From Octopus vulgaris (lineage: Eukaryota), in assembly GCA_951406725.2 (NCBI GenBank), contig OX597819.1:10788001-10852000 (forward strand): a DNA stretch of 64,000 nucleotides, given 5' to 3'. Both the position numbers and the translations under genes were made by a program. Below are positions 1 to 11,800 of this stretch, in pieces (the first letter of the stretch is position 1; the number at the start of each line of letters is the position of its first letter). Under the pieces are notes generated by a model. That model was not told where the DNA came from, ran no database searches, and saw nothing but the letters and a program-made list of their open reading frames with translations.

Positions 1-54
1 GAATCCTTCATTTTTTTTTTATCTTTCTGAAAGCTGATCTGGCTTTAAGGGTTA
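1..54. mobile_element. Probable right end of a piggyBac-type MITE cut by the window edge
   Basis: Ends TTTAAGGG|TTAA, the same GGG+TTAA terminus as the complete MITEs in this window. The left end is not visible. Confidence 0.35.
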
Positions 55-170
55 AATTATTAAATACTGTAATTCTTTCACAGAGTTTAGAAAATGTCTA
101 TCAAGGAAAATCATTGGATTTCATAATTTCTGTCTGTGTATAACTTATCATTGTCCTTGAGATTATTATG

Positions 171-220
<50 letters not shown>

Positions 221-251
221 CAGCAGAAAATTCAACAAAACCTGTTACTCT

Positions 252-291
<40 letters not shown>
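171..291. repeat. Two (TA)n microsatellites flanking a 36-bp dispersed-repeat fragment
   Basis: (TA)n at 171-217 and 254-291. The spacer is the near-exact reverse complement of 14564-14601. Confidence 0.9.
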
Positions 292-294
<3 letters not shown>

Positions 295-430
295 TCATCA
301 TCATCATCGTTTAATGTCCGCTTTCCATGCTAGCATGGGTTGGACGGTTCAACTGGGGTCTGGGAAGCTCAAAGGCTGCACCAGGCCAATCAGATCTGGC
401 AGTGTTTCTACAGCTGGATGCCCTTCCTAA

Positions 431-432
<2 letters not shown>
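292..432 (-). mobile_element. RTE-type retroposon 3' tail (family A), 5'-truncated
   Basis: (CAT)n-CGTTTAATGTCCGCTTTCCATGCTAGCATGGG...GGATGCCCTTCCTAACG matches the other family A copies. Confidence 0.85.
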
Positions 433-483
<51 letters not shown>

Positions 484-591
484 CACACACACACGTGTAT
501 ACAAACATATATATATACACAAGTATAAATCATCATCTACAATATACATGCATACACACAGGTATATATACATACACCCATGTATGCATAT

Positions 592-1170
592 ACAGAGTGT
601 GATGCGTAAATTGTTGCCATTTCATATTTTTTATTTCACACATGTACATTGCTTGTTTTTGATTTTGTCAAGTGGCTTTGTGATAAGAAGCTTGCTTCCC
701 AACCACATGGTACTGGGTTCAGTCCCACTGCATGGCACCTAGGCCAAGTGTCTTCTACTATAGTCTCAGGCCGACCAAAGCCTTGTGAGTGGATTTGGTA
801 GATGGAAACTGAAAGAAGCCCATCATGTATGTATGTATTTGCATGTCTGTGTTTGGCCCCCACCACCACCACCACTGTTGGTGTATTTATGTCCCCATAA
901 CTTAGGGAGACCAACAAAACTTCTTGTAACACCAAAGATGAACTGAAGGCAAGGATTATGGCAGCATTCACCAACTGAAATAAGGAGACTGTCCAGAAGA
1001 GTTGCAGAAGATTCCAAAGTCATCTGGAGGCCGATTTTATTGAATAAATTTACTCTTTAGTATTTCAAGATATTTTTATGTCATTTTGGTAAATGTATCT
1101 GTTAAAATGAGATGTCAGTGTTATTTTCATTTTTGCATAATTTAGATGACAATATATTCACTGCATCTTA
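592..1170 (+). mobile_element. Decayed Tc1/mariner element interrupted by a SINE
   Basis: 907-1032 reads ETNKTSCNTKDELKARIMAAFTN*NKETVQKSCRRFQSHLEA, like a Tc1/mariner transposase C-terminus. Weak inverted termini lie near 592 and 1170. Confidence 0.6.
670..905 (+). mobile_element. tRNA-headed SINE family B, partial
   Basis: GGTTCAGTCCCACTGCATGGCACC...CCTTGTGAGTGGATTTGGTAG matches 23316-23719. Confidence 0.85.
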
Positions 1171-1212
1171 TAAGTATATACACACATATGTATACATACA
1201 TATATATACATG

Positions 1213-1246
<34 letters not shown>

Positions 1247-1505
1247 ATACATATATACATACATATATAAAAAAAAAAAAAAATATATAATATATATATA
1301 TACATATATATACATATATATAATATAATATATATACATATATAATATATACATATATACATATATATACATATATATAATATATATAATATATATACAT
1401 ATATATACATATATATATATATACAATAATAACATATATATAATATATATACATATATACATATATATATATATAATATATACAAAAAAACAAAAAAATA
1501 TATAC

Positions 1506-1582
<77 letters not shown>

Positions 1583-1673
1583 TTTATAGAAGGAGCTTCT
1601 ACAGGACTAGAACTGTTTCATATCAATATAAATATAAATACATATATATCATATATACATATATATATAATAT

Positions 1674-1704
<31 letters not shown>

Positions 1705-1765
1705 TAATATATATATAATAATAATAAAAAAAAAAAATATAATATATATAAATATATACATATAT

Positions 1766-1798
<33 letters not shown>

Positions 1799-1917
1799 CA
1801 AAAAATCAATATATATAATATAATATAAATAAAAAAAAAAAAAAAAAAAAAAAAAAAATAATAAATATATAATATATATATATAATATATATATATAATA
1901 TATATATAATATATAAT

Positions 1918-1980
<63 letters not shown>
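1171..1980. repeat. Irregular TA/TACA/poly-A low-complexity tract
   Basis: Almost only A/T with sporadic C. The source of several spurious ORFs. Confidence 0.9.
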
Positions 1981-1985
<5 letters not shown>

Positions 1986-2021
1986 TTTATAAGGATCACT
2001 GTTCATTCAAATGAAATCATC

Positions 2022-2079
2022 AGGAAGCTTCCTGATGATTTCATTTGAATGAAACAGTTCTAGTCCTGTAGAAGCTCCT
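2022..2079 (+). ncRNA. Type I hammerhead ribozyme motif, probably of a Penelope-like element terminus
   Basis: Stem I AGCTTC (2026-2031) pairs with GAAGCT (2071-2076). Core CTGATGA at 2032-2038; stem II TTC-ATTT-GAA; GAAA at 2051-2054; stem III ACAG/CTGT; GTA cleavage triplet ending at 2070. Confidence 0.75.
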
Positions 2080-2161
2080 TCTATAAAATAAATTAATTTA
2101 CTCTGCTATGTATTGAGTACCTTATTTACTGTGGTTAACCCCGACTCAACCCGGGACCTAC

Positions 2162-2192
<31 letters not shown>

Positions 2193-2196
2193 TATA

Positions 2197-3295
2197 CCAG
2201 CTGGTGTACCCAGTTATTCCCGGGAGTGGGGAGATGTTCTATTGAAACACCTTATTACTCAAGAAAGCAATTTTGTTATAACTGTCACAAAAGGTTTATT
2301 TTCCATCCCCAAAAAAGTACAAAAAACTGTCAGCTGGAGGAGGGAGAGAGGTTTTCGGAGATAGGCAAGAAAGATTGTTGGAGGTTAGCGAGAGGCAAAG
2401 ACATTATTCTGCTTAGCAAAGGCATCTGGGAAATGTATAACTGCTATCATTCACAGAAAAACTATTGTTTTACAGTGAGAGAAGCGCTGTTGAATCCACG
2501 CTATGCCTGCCTGAAGCCTCTACAAAAACGTTGTGGAATAAAAAATTTATCTACTGTCATGGAAAAAGTGTAACTGTAAAAATGCAGAATTATCGGAGTA
2601 ATGGGCATTCAAAAAAGTACGTATGTATAGAAATGTATGAATGAAGTCTTTAATGTTTAAGATTCAAATAAAGGAAGTGCAATAATAATGTTTAGCAGTT
2701 CGAAACTGTGAGTAGTGAAATGCAGAATTAGGTCAGCTGGTTGTCAGAATCAAATATTGATCGCTTCACTAAAATCTGCAGATGGTATGAGTTATTTCCT
2801 TTGGGTTGTTTAAATAAAATATTAGAAATGTGTAGTAGATAGAAGGATTCATTGGAAGGGCCCTATTATCGATTTTTTTTCAACAGTCTAAGTATGTCAT
2901 GAGGTTTCCATGAATTCTACTCATGTGTCAAATAAAGTATAAAAGTGATATTGTCTGCAAAAATTAGGAATAGGACACAAAAAAATCAATATTCAAAGTA
3001 ATTGAACATAAACAATGAAATGGGTTATTTCCCTTGAGTATTTAAAAAAATATTATACAGGTGCTATGGGTTATTTCCCTTGGATGTTTAAAAATATTAG
3101 ATAAATGAGGTAGATAAAAAGGGCCCTTCTAGGGGCTGTATTATCGATTTTTTCAACAATCTAAGTACGTCACGAGATTTCCAGACATGACTTCTACTTT
3201 ACGTGTCAAGTTTCATCGAAATCAATAAAATGATGTAGGAGGAGTTAGCTAACAACACCACAAACGAACACACACCAATTTTCCACATGTGTAGT

Positions 3296-3298
<3 letters not shown>
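2197..3298 (-). mobile_element. Non-autonomous Helitron
   Basis: Minus strand starts A|TCTACTAC and ends with an imperfect CCCGGG...CTGGG hairpin then CTGG|T (CTRR). Internal duplication of about 2780-2930 at about 3020-3210. Confidence 0.6.
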
Positions 3299-3331
<33 letters not shown>

Positions 3332-3406
3332 CTGCTTTGGGTTCTACTTCATAGTTGTGTTACCAAACTTATGTGTGCATGTATACAAGTATATGCATAT
3401 CTATAT

Positions 3407-3460
<54 letters not shown>

Positions 3461-4189
3461 GAAAATGTTAATGGTAGCTACTATTTATTTGACAGCACAT
3501 GCATGTAAAATATTGTCAAGTAGAACAGTAGCATTTGAAAGTAATTTAAACAAAGCACGCGTTTTTATTGTCAAGTGATATTTTATTCAACCATCAGTAC
3601 TTGCTTATTTTTCACTTGGAATTACTTTTCTAAGAAATTCATTGTCATTTTTAATTTTGTCAAAAAACTGATCCACTTATTGGAATGTTTATTTTAGTCA
3701 CCTGAAGGTTGCCTCCAGTCCCTTGTATTATATTGTGTCCCACTCATCTAACCACACATTATTTATTACAGAAAACACTTGTTCAACTGCTGTAGAAGAC
3801 AATGAATGCATTCTACTGCAACACGAAGATTTTTTTTACTGTGTTTTTCTTTGAAATGAGCAAAAAAAATACAATTTTTCTTCATACTTAAAGTTCTGTG
3901 TTATCTGAAGCCCCAAAATTCTTTGTCGCAACAACTTAACATTACTTGTTTTCCAACCCTTTCGTCGATCTTAACTGTAGACTGCTCAACACTGGGCCAT
4001 GATACGTATTTACAATTTAACCACATGAAGTCTTCTACTTGTTCAAAGTGCTTTTTCCATAAGTCTGAGAGACATTTTCATGTAAACTTAATTCTTTCTT
4101 CCCTTTTTCCTTTCATTGACCATTTTACTCTGCTGTCACAAAGCTGTAATCTCAGGGGGACCAAAAACATAAATATATATATATTATAT

Positions 4190-4410
4190 ATGTGTGTGTG
4201 TGTGTGTTTGTCTTCCACTACTGCTTGACAACCAGCGGCAGTTTGTTCACAATCTGTAACTTAGTGGATCAGCAAAAGAGACCAATAAAATAAGTACCAG
4301 ATTTAAACAAAGTATGTCCGGGGGGGGGGGGGGCGGCGATTCAGTCAACTAAAAATTCTTCAAGGCAGTACCCCAGCATGGCTGTAGTCTAACCACTGTA
4401 ACAGAGAAAA
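4190..4410 (+). mobile_element. SINE family B, 3' half, diverged
   Basis: GCTTGACAACC...GCAAAAGAGACCAATAAAATAAGTAC...CCAGCATGGCTGTAGTC matches the 3' half of 23316-23719. Confidence 0.75.
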
Positions 4411-6895
4411 TACATATAAATTGCACTTTTGATGTTGCTTAGGAAATACACACACACACACACACAAAGACATACATATACTTGTATATATTCAGAATGC
4501 TTATTGGTATGTACTGGGATGTGAAGCAATGTTCACATAGAAACTTGCATGTTTAGAAAGCATCTCTTTGGAAGAGTGTATTATTGACTAGGATTTACTT
4601 CTCTGATGTTGATTCTGATACAATTTCACAAGAGATATATTGATTTCACCTTGGTTCTTATGCTTAGTATTTAATTCATTTTTTTTTACTGGAATGCTTG
4701 ATGACATTTCACTATCATTTGTTATCCTAAGAGCTTCAGTTAAATAGCTTGTTGCCAGATATTCAACATTTAAAAAAAAATCTATCACACAATGAGTAGC
4801 TAATTGTAATTCTATTAGCTATCAGCTTCAAATTTGCCATTTATTTCAGCTTTTTTTTGCTATGAAACTACTAGATATTAAGTACATTTATTTGTTAAGA
4901 AAAATATTTTGTAGATTTGACTATTTTAAGATGATTTACTCAAACTCATAATGATTTCTTATATTTTCTCTTTTCAGGAAATCGATGGACAATAGGGAGG
5001 AAGTTATTCTCAGGCTAGAGATTTGGCCTGAATATTTGCAACAAAATGAACTTCACTAAAGGTACCCAAAGACCAGGTGGTAGTGGCAATACTACCAACA
5101 GGTTTCCATACAGTCATGGTTCTCAAATTTCACTCACAAGACCTTGGTTGGCTTGAAGTTATGATAAAAGACTCTTGCATAAGATACTGTACAGTGGAAA
5201 AGCTGGAAAACAAAGAGTTGCAAAGAGAACTTAACTATGCAGTCATGCATGTATTTATGTCAGCACAAGGCCATAAGTTTGCAGAAAAAAGCATGATGTC
5301 AATTAAACTATGTAAATATCTGCAAGATGCAAAGTTAACCTTAGTATTTGAACTGCAAATGTAGGACTAAATAAAATATTATAAGGCATTTTAGTCTAGT
5401 ATTTTGCTATTTTCAACAATATGTTAAAAGACCACAACAATGATGGGCCTAGAAAATCAGTAAGATATGAAAACCCCACTACTTCACACTTGAGTAGTTA
5501 GCAGTCGGTAGAAAAGACCTCCAACACTCCAATATATTTTCTCTGTATTCATTTCAGATTATACTGAAGAGTTATCTATCAGCTCTTTTTTGATTATAGA
5601 TCAATGTCTATTTTTAGTAAGAGAACACAGAAAAGGTGTATGGAATATGAATAATTGAGAAGAATTACTGTTTATCAGTTTTCCCCTAGACCAAATCTAA
5701 TGCAGCAATTTGCTGCTATGAAAGAAGGAAAAGATAAAAATACATAGCAAAAAAAAAATATAAAACAACTCATACATCATGAAAATTATATTTGAGTTTA
5801 TATGCAGCACTAACTGGGAGTGATTATTAACGAATCTTTATCACTTATCAGTCACTTCAATAGATTTAGGGATTTTGGTTGCTTCCTTTTACTTTTTAAT
5901 TATTATTAGAAAAATTATATGCAAAACAACCCAACTATTAAGCAGAGAGATTTATATGATATAGAAAATTCTAATCAATATCTGATCACCTTATTTATGG
6001 AGTAAAGGAATTTCAATGGAGTTATTCAGTTTGCAAGTTTGCTTTTATGTTTTCAGGAATTACTTAGTAAATTATATATAATATAATTTATTCATATAAT
6101 TATTCATAGATTATTAATGTTAAACAACTAACTTACACACTCACATTTCATTTTAATACTTAAAAGTTGTTAGTATTGTAATTCAGTGTAACAATGAGAA
6201 ATAGCTCTCAGAAATATTTGTTCACTTCAATACTTCCATATTTTTGTAAGAGTATTTATAGGTAGGCAATATTAAAATGGAATTAAAGCAAGAGCTTTTA
6301 GGAAAATAAGTCATAATTAGACCTACAATATCTATAAAAGGTACAGAACTATCATTATTACATCTTTTTCTCAATCTGATTTTACCAAGCTTTTGATGCA
6401 CCCCACCTTCTAAGTTAAGCACAGACTGCTGGAGCATACATTTTAGAGCTGGATACTAACCACTTAACTAAGGAATACGAATAGCACAATAGCACATATT
6501 TAATGCCATGTTAAACCCTAATTGAGCAGACCTATGATGAAAGGCTTTCCAAATCATCTAGGCTGCACCATCTACTATATTCTTGTATTTTTTTTTTAAG
6601 GAAGTACGGAGTGATTTGATAAAAAATTGACTGCTATTTTTAGTAGATAGGATGAGCATATAGAGACTTCTGTAATAGATTAAATAACTAGGTTGAAAAA
6701 ATACCAATTGAATAAAATATTCTGCCAAAGAAGGATTTACCTAAACCTCAGAAATTCAGAACAATAATCTTTTGTTTTCAAAACCACTGAAATAAATGCA
6801 GGAAATAGTCTAAACTCAAATGAACTAAAACTTAAGAGTGTCTGAATCTGTATGAAATAGTACTGACTGAGGTAATGAATAAATAATATCATAAA

Positions 6896-7300
6896 CTAGC
6901 AGTATCACCCGGCATTGCTCGGGTTTGTAAGGGAAATAACTATATAAGCATTTTTAGAGAGTTATAGCCAAAAAGTAGCAAAAAAATGCATTAAAAATGG
7001 AAAAAAAAATGATGGTAAATTTTAAAAAAAATCATTGACTTATCGTAGACATTTTTAGAGAGTTACTTCCCTTATATAATAGCGAAAAAAAAATGCATTA
7101 AAATGGAAATAAATGATGGTAAATTTTTTTTTAAATCGTAGACTCATCGTAGATGCGCGCTAATACCCAGAAGGGCTCGATATGAATCACAACTATAAGA
7201 TACCTGGTTTTGGTTAAACTGCACTGCAAAATGTGGGAGTAGTTAGGAATCTAAATCGTAGGAGACAGACAGCACACAACCTCACTTTTATATATAAAGA
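6896..7300 (-). mobile_element. Non-autonomous Helitron family H1, copy 1
   Basis: Minus strand reads A|TCTTTATATATAAAAG ... CCCGAGCAATGCCGGG hairpin ... CTAG|T. No TSD. Confidence 0.85.
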
Positions 7301-7559
7301 TATATAATTATTAGTGCTGACTGAAGAAGATTTAGACTAGTGAACAACTGAAATCAAAAAAACTGAAGGGGAAAAACAAGAATAAAGAGACAAGCATAAC
7401 TGATTTACTCCTCTTCATCAACATGGCACACAAAAAAAAAATTAATAATGATAATAATGGACTCTCCATCATTATGGACGTATGAGCATTCAGCTTTTGC
7501 CAAACAACCCGCACAAATGAATTGTTTATAGTAATCAAATGTTCATGCCACACATTAGT

Positions 7560-7745
7560 TCATTCTCTCCATCAAATCGACATTGTTTGAACAGGTGCAC
7601 TGTCTACCACACATCAGGTGTCGAAGTGATCACAGAGCAACGGGAGATGAAGTGTTTTGCTCAAGAATGCAACACACCACCTGGTCCAGAAATTGAAATT
7701 ATGATCTAGTGATTGTGAGTGCAACATCCTAACCACTAAGCTATG
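7560..7745 (-). mobile_element. Diverged tRNA-headed SINE 5' part (family C-related)
   Basis: Similar to 53995-54105. The minus strand begins with A-box-like TAGCTTAGTGG. Confidence 0.55.
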
Positions 7746-7748
7746 TAC

Positions 7749-7785
<37 letters not shown>

Positions 7786-8089
7786 GAGGAGAACACTGGG
7801 GGATGTTTAACATGTGAGAGCGATAAAACAGTGCTCCGGAAATAAAGACATCGCATGGAGCCAAAAAATAGCTGACAAAGGATTGGACTATATCTGAGTA
7901 AGTAATACTCATTGAAATTTATTACTATTTTCCAAATGAAATGAAGTATTTTAACTGGATATCACCTCCACCTCTCGCAAAGCACATGTAAACATGCTTG
8001 ATACATTATGGTCTATCAACACCAGACCATCTCCGGCCCCAAACACCATGTACAAAAAAAATTACAAATAAATTAAATAATACCGGTAT

Positions 8090-8700
8090 TATATTCATAG
8101 ACACAACAGAGTTGGGATCTACATACACTGGAAGCTATGCCAACATTATGGAATAACAACAGAAAAAAGATGGTATAAACACACACCAGAAAAGGTCACA
8201 GAAAACGAGAAAGCAACCATACTCTGGGATATGCCAATACACACAGATATAGAAATTAAGGCCAACAGGCCAGATATGGTTGTCAGAGATCATGAAGAAA
8301 AAATGCTTTCTAATTGATGTATCAATACTGGCAGATGACAACGTGTCTCTAAAAGAAATGGAGAAACTTTCAAAATACAAAGACCTGGAAATAGAGGTAA
8401 CTTGATTGTGGGATCTAAAAACAGAAACAATTCCTATCATAGTAGGTGCATTAGGCATAATGCAAAAATATTCAAATACATAACAAAAACACCAGGACTT
8501 ACAAACACATATAACATACAGAAAATTGCATTACTAGGCACTGCACACATTCTACGCAAAACACTTTCAATACAGTAACCATCAGAACATCACAGCAAAT
8601 CACAGCACATACCCAAGGCACACAGAGCTGCGCTCGGTAGTGAAGTGAAGGCACACTATAAAAATAAAACTACTGAATAATAATAATAATAATAATAATG

Positions 8701-8749
<49 letters not shown>

Positions 8750-8756
8750 TAATAAA
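8090..8756 (+). mobile_element. R4/Dong-type (restriction-like endonuclease) non-LTR retrotransposon 3' fragment with (TAA)n tail
   Basis: Reads YIHRHNRVGIYIHWKLC...ILWDMPIHTD...ANRPDMVV...LIDVSI...KEMEKLSKYKDL...IPIIVGALG...QKIALLGTAHILRKTL with frameshifts and stops. 3' UTR follows, then (TAA)n at 8677-8756. Confidence 0.85.
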
Positions 8757-10459
8757 TAAATAAAAAGTATGTATTTATTATCAACAGCGAAAATTATTAC
8801 ATAAAAGGGAAATAGCATAAATACAAATTTTTATTTCATTATCATATCAAATAAATTTCATTTAAACTAGGCTTCATAGTCATTATGTTCAATAGCTTTA
8901 AATTAAACTAAGAGTATTTGTATGCTAAGAGCCAGAATTGATATACGCATTATTTTACAATTTCATATTCATTTTCCTGTTCTAGTAAAACTGGAAGTTT
9001 CCATAATTTGAACATTTGCATTTTATTTACATGAATTGTTACTACAGCCATATATTCTGCTCAAATTGAACAAGATATATGGCCAATATTTAACAATGAA
9101 GAATAGAACTTGCTTGTCAGCCAAGTAGACTGAGGTACGCAGAATCATTTATCTTGCATTAAGAGTGGACCACAAATTCATAACCATGTAGCCAGTATGA
9201 TGAAACCTTAACCTCAAAGCCATTTTCACAAAGCTTTATAATGGTTTAATTAGGCCAACTATTTTTTATAGAAATGAATATTTGTTTATAAATAAAACCC
9301 AGTTAACAAGTACACTAAATATATTTTATCATCATCAATATTATTGATTTGGTAAATCTGCATAATATATCCCCAGCTGACCTTCTGTATCATCTTTCAA
9401 ATTCTGATTTAACCGTTTCCCAACTTTTATAGTTTTTTTTTCTCTACTTCTGTTAGTATACACTATCAACTCACAGCACTTCCTCCACCCCAAGAAGTAT
9501 CTTTGAACCCCATGTTCATACCAAAATAGGTATTTCTGTTATATACACTAACCATTAGCTCTGATAGTCATAACTTCTTCAAACCACACATGTTTAAAAT
9601 CTTAAGGTTTCCTAACAGGCATTTCTGTTCAGCTCATTCTTTTCCATTCACTTAAGATTATTGACCATGTTACAATATTATGAAACAAATAAACCTCTAT
9701 GTGATCACTTGATCAACTAAAAAAAGCAACCAGTTCTAATTTAAATCATACCTTATTGTCTTGACGAAAGAGAAAGACATGTTATACAAGGGAATCCTAG
9801 AAAGGCAAAGGTGCATTGCCTAGTGGTTAGATTATTGGACATATGATAGATTCTTGAACTGGATGACACATTTTGTCCTGGAGTAAAAAAAACTTTGTTC
9901 TGCATAACTCTAGTCTACATATCTGAAAATGAGCTGCATTTGCTGAAGAGAGCTGTCTCACAGATTATTAGCCCAAAATCTTGCAAATGTAAGATGTTAA
10001 GAGTTCTTTATAGCTGCAAAATATTGGACAATGAGTCCTAGGAAGACAGGATGATCATGGCTGAAATGCTTTCAGGTTTACCTAAACAACAACTGTAAGT
10101 TATCAATGTTTGTGTTGCGCAAATATAATGGCATGTTTCTAGATTTCAGTTCATATCAAAGAATGTAAGATGATTGCCAATGTTACAGAATGGAGAACAG
10201 TTTTGAAAAAAATCATAGCTAATTCCTTTATAAATTTTCCCAAAATGCTTCAGAATATAATCTATTCACATATTAAATATTTAAACAAATAAATAGAATT
10301 GTGTATCTATGTGAATTCATGTATGTGCATATTTCTTAGTGCGTGTTTTACATTCAGTTGCAAGGATGCTGGAAAGGCCAGTTGAATTACAATTCATCCA
10401 TGTACTTGTGTAGAACCCTAGTGTGATAGATATGGTAAAGTTACTGACACATGCGTGTG

Positions 10460-10460
<1 letters not shown>

Positions 10461-10499
<39 letters not shown>
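10461..10499. repeat. (TG)n microsatellite
   Basis: Perfect dinucleotide run. Confidence 0.95.
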
Positions 10500-10500
<1 letters not shown>

Positions 10501-11069
10501 TCAAGGTGAAACGTCACAAATGTTATTCCAAGTTTCATGTTTCCAATCTTTCTGATCATTTGATGATAGTGAGAAAATAGGACAATCAGAAGACATTTAA
10601 AGCTGGACACATCCTCTCCTCCCTTTACTCTTACCCTTTTTTTTCTTTTTTGGTAAGTTTGCATTTGATCTATTTTTCCAATAGTCATTTTCACTAACCA
10701 AAAAGATTCTTTATGTCAACTTTTCCAAGCAGCTCTCATCCAATTTTCTTGAAGTTCATTTTTTTCCCCCAATAAAATACAATAAAAAGAAATCTCTGCT
10801 TTTAGTACTGAGTACTCCTTTTTTCTTCCCATTGTTCATGATATAATATCATGAACTCTCCTCTCGTCTACAACAGGAGAGCATTCCACAATTTCTTATT
10901 GAACAACCTGCACAGATGATTCGTTAATAGTGATCAAATGTTTGTGCTGTTTTAATCAACAATGCACTACCTGATATAGGAATTGAAACCATGATTTCGC
11001 CATTGTGACTGTAGCACCCTAACTCCTAGGTTAACGTTTATCATCCCATCCAAAGTCAAATCAAACATA

Positions 11070-11455
11070 TCTTTATATATAAAAGTGAAGTTGTGTGTCT
11101 GTCTCCTACGATTTAGATTCCTAACTGCTCCCACATTTTGCGGTGCAGTGTAACCAAAAGCGGGCATCTTATAGTCGTGATTCATATCGAGCCCTTCTGG
11201 GTATTAGCGCGTGTCTACGATGAGTCTACGATTTTTAAAAAATTTACCATCATTTTTAATGCATTTCTTTCGCTATTATATAAGGGAAGTAACTCTCTAA
11301 AAATGTATTATTAAATCTCAGAATGTAAAAAGCTACAGTAACACCCCCCCTTTGTGGTTAGCCATATTGAGATGGCTATTATACTTTACATCTCTAAAAA
11401 TGCTTATATAGTTATTTCCCTTACAAACCTGAGCAATGCCAGGCGATACTGCTAG
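11070..11455 (+). mobile_element. Non-autonomous Helitron family H1, copy 2
   Basis: A|TCTTTATATATAAAAG ... CCTGAGCAATGCCAGG hairpin ... CTAG|T. Confidence 0.85.
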
Positions 11456-11629
11456 TATTAAATAATATTTTTGAATCAGTTCAATTGCTATATTGGTCTT
11501 ACCACCTTTTTACAAAATATTGGTCTCGTGCCTTAGTCGTTAGAAACATAAACATTCATTTGTGTAGGTGTGTGTATATTGCTTGATTAATTCTAGGTTT
11601 ATAGCTCTATGTGGTTGTTTTCCCTACAG

Positions 11630-11800
11630 AACCACAAGCCAAATTTGCCCTGAATCATGTTTAATCATGTTAAAACTAGAAGGAATATACTGGACTGTGT
11701 ATACTTAGATATACAAAAAGATGGGAGGACCGTGGCTGAAATATCTTTCATTATAAGTCTGCTCAATCAGAGTTGGCTTGGAGTTTGCTAAACAACAACT
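11630..11800 (+). repeat. Old dispersed repeat family E, ending CTGCTCAATCAG...GCTAAACAACAAC
   Basis: Diverged relatives at about 33760-33935, 34020-34195, 42305-42480 and 57845-58015, and reversed at about 6510-6670 and 56155-56340. Confidence 0.6.

Noticed and set aside
4978-5061. Plus-strand exon after a strong TTTTCTCTTTTCAG acceptor
   Set aside because: All three frames reach a stop before the weak donor, and there is no recognisable protein.
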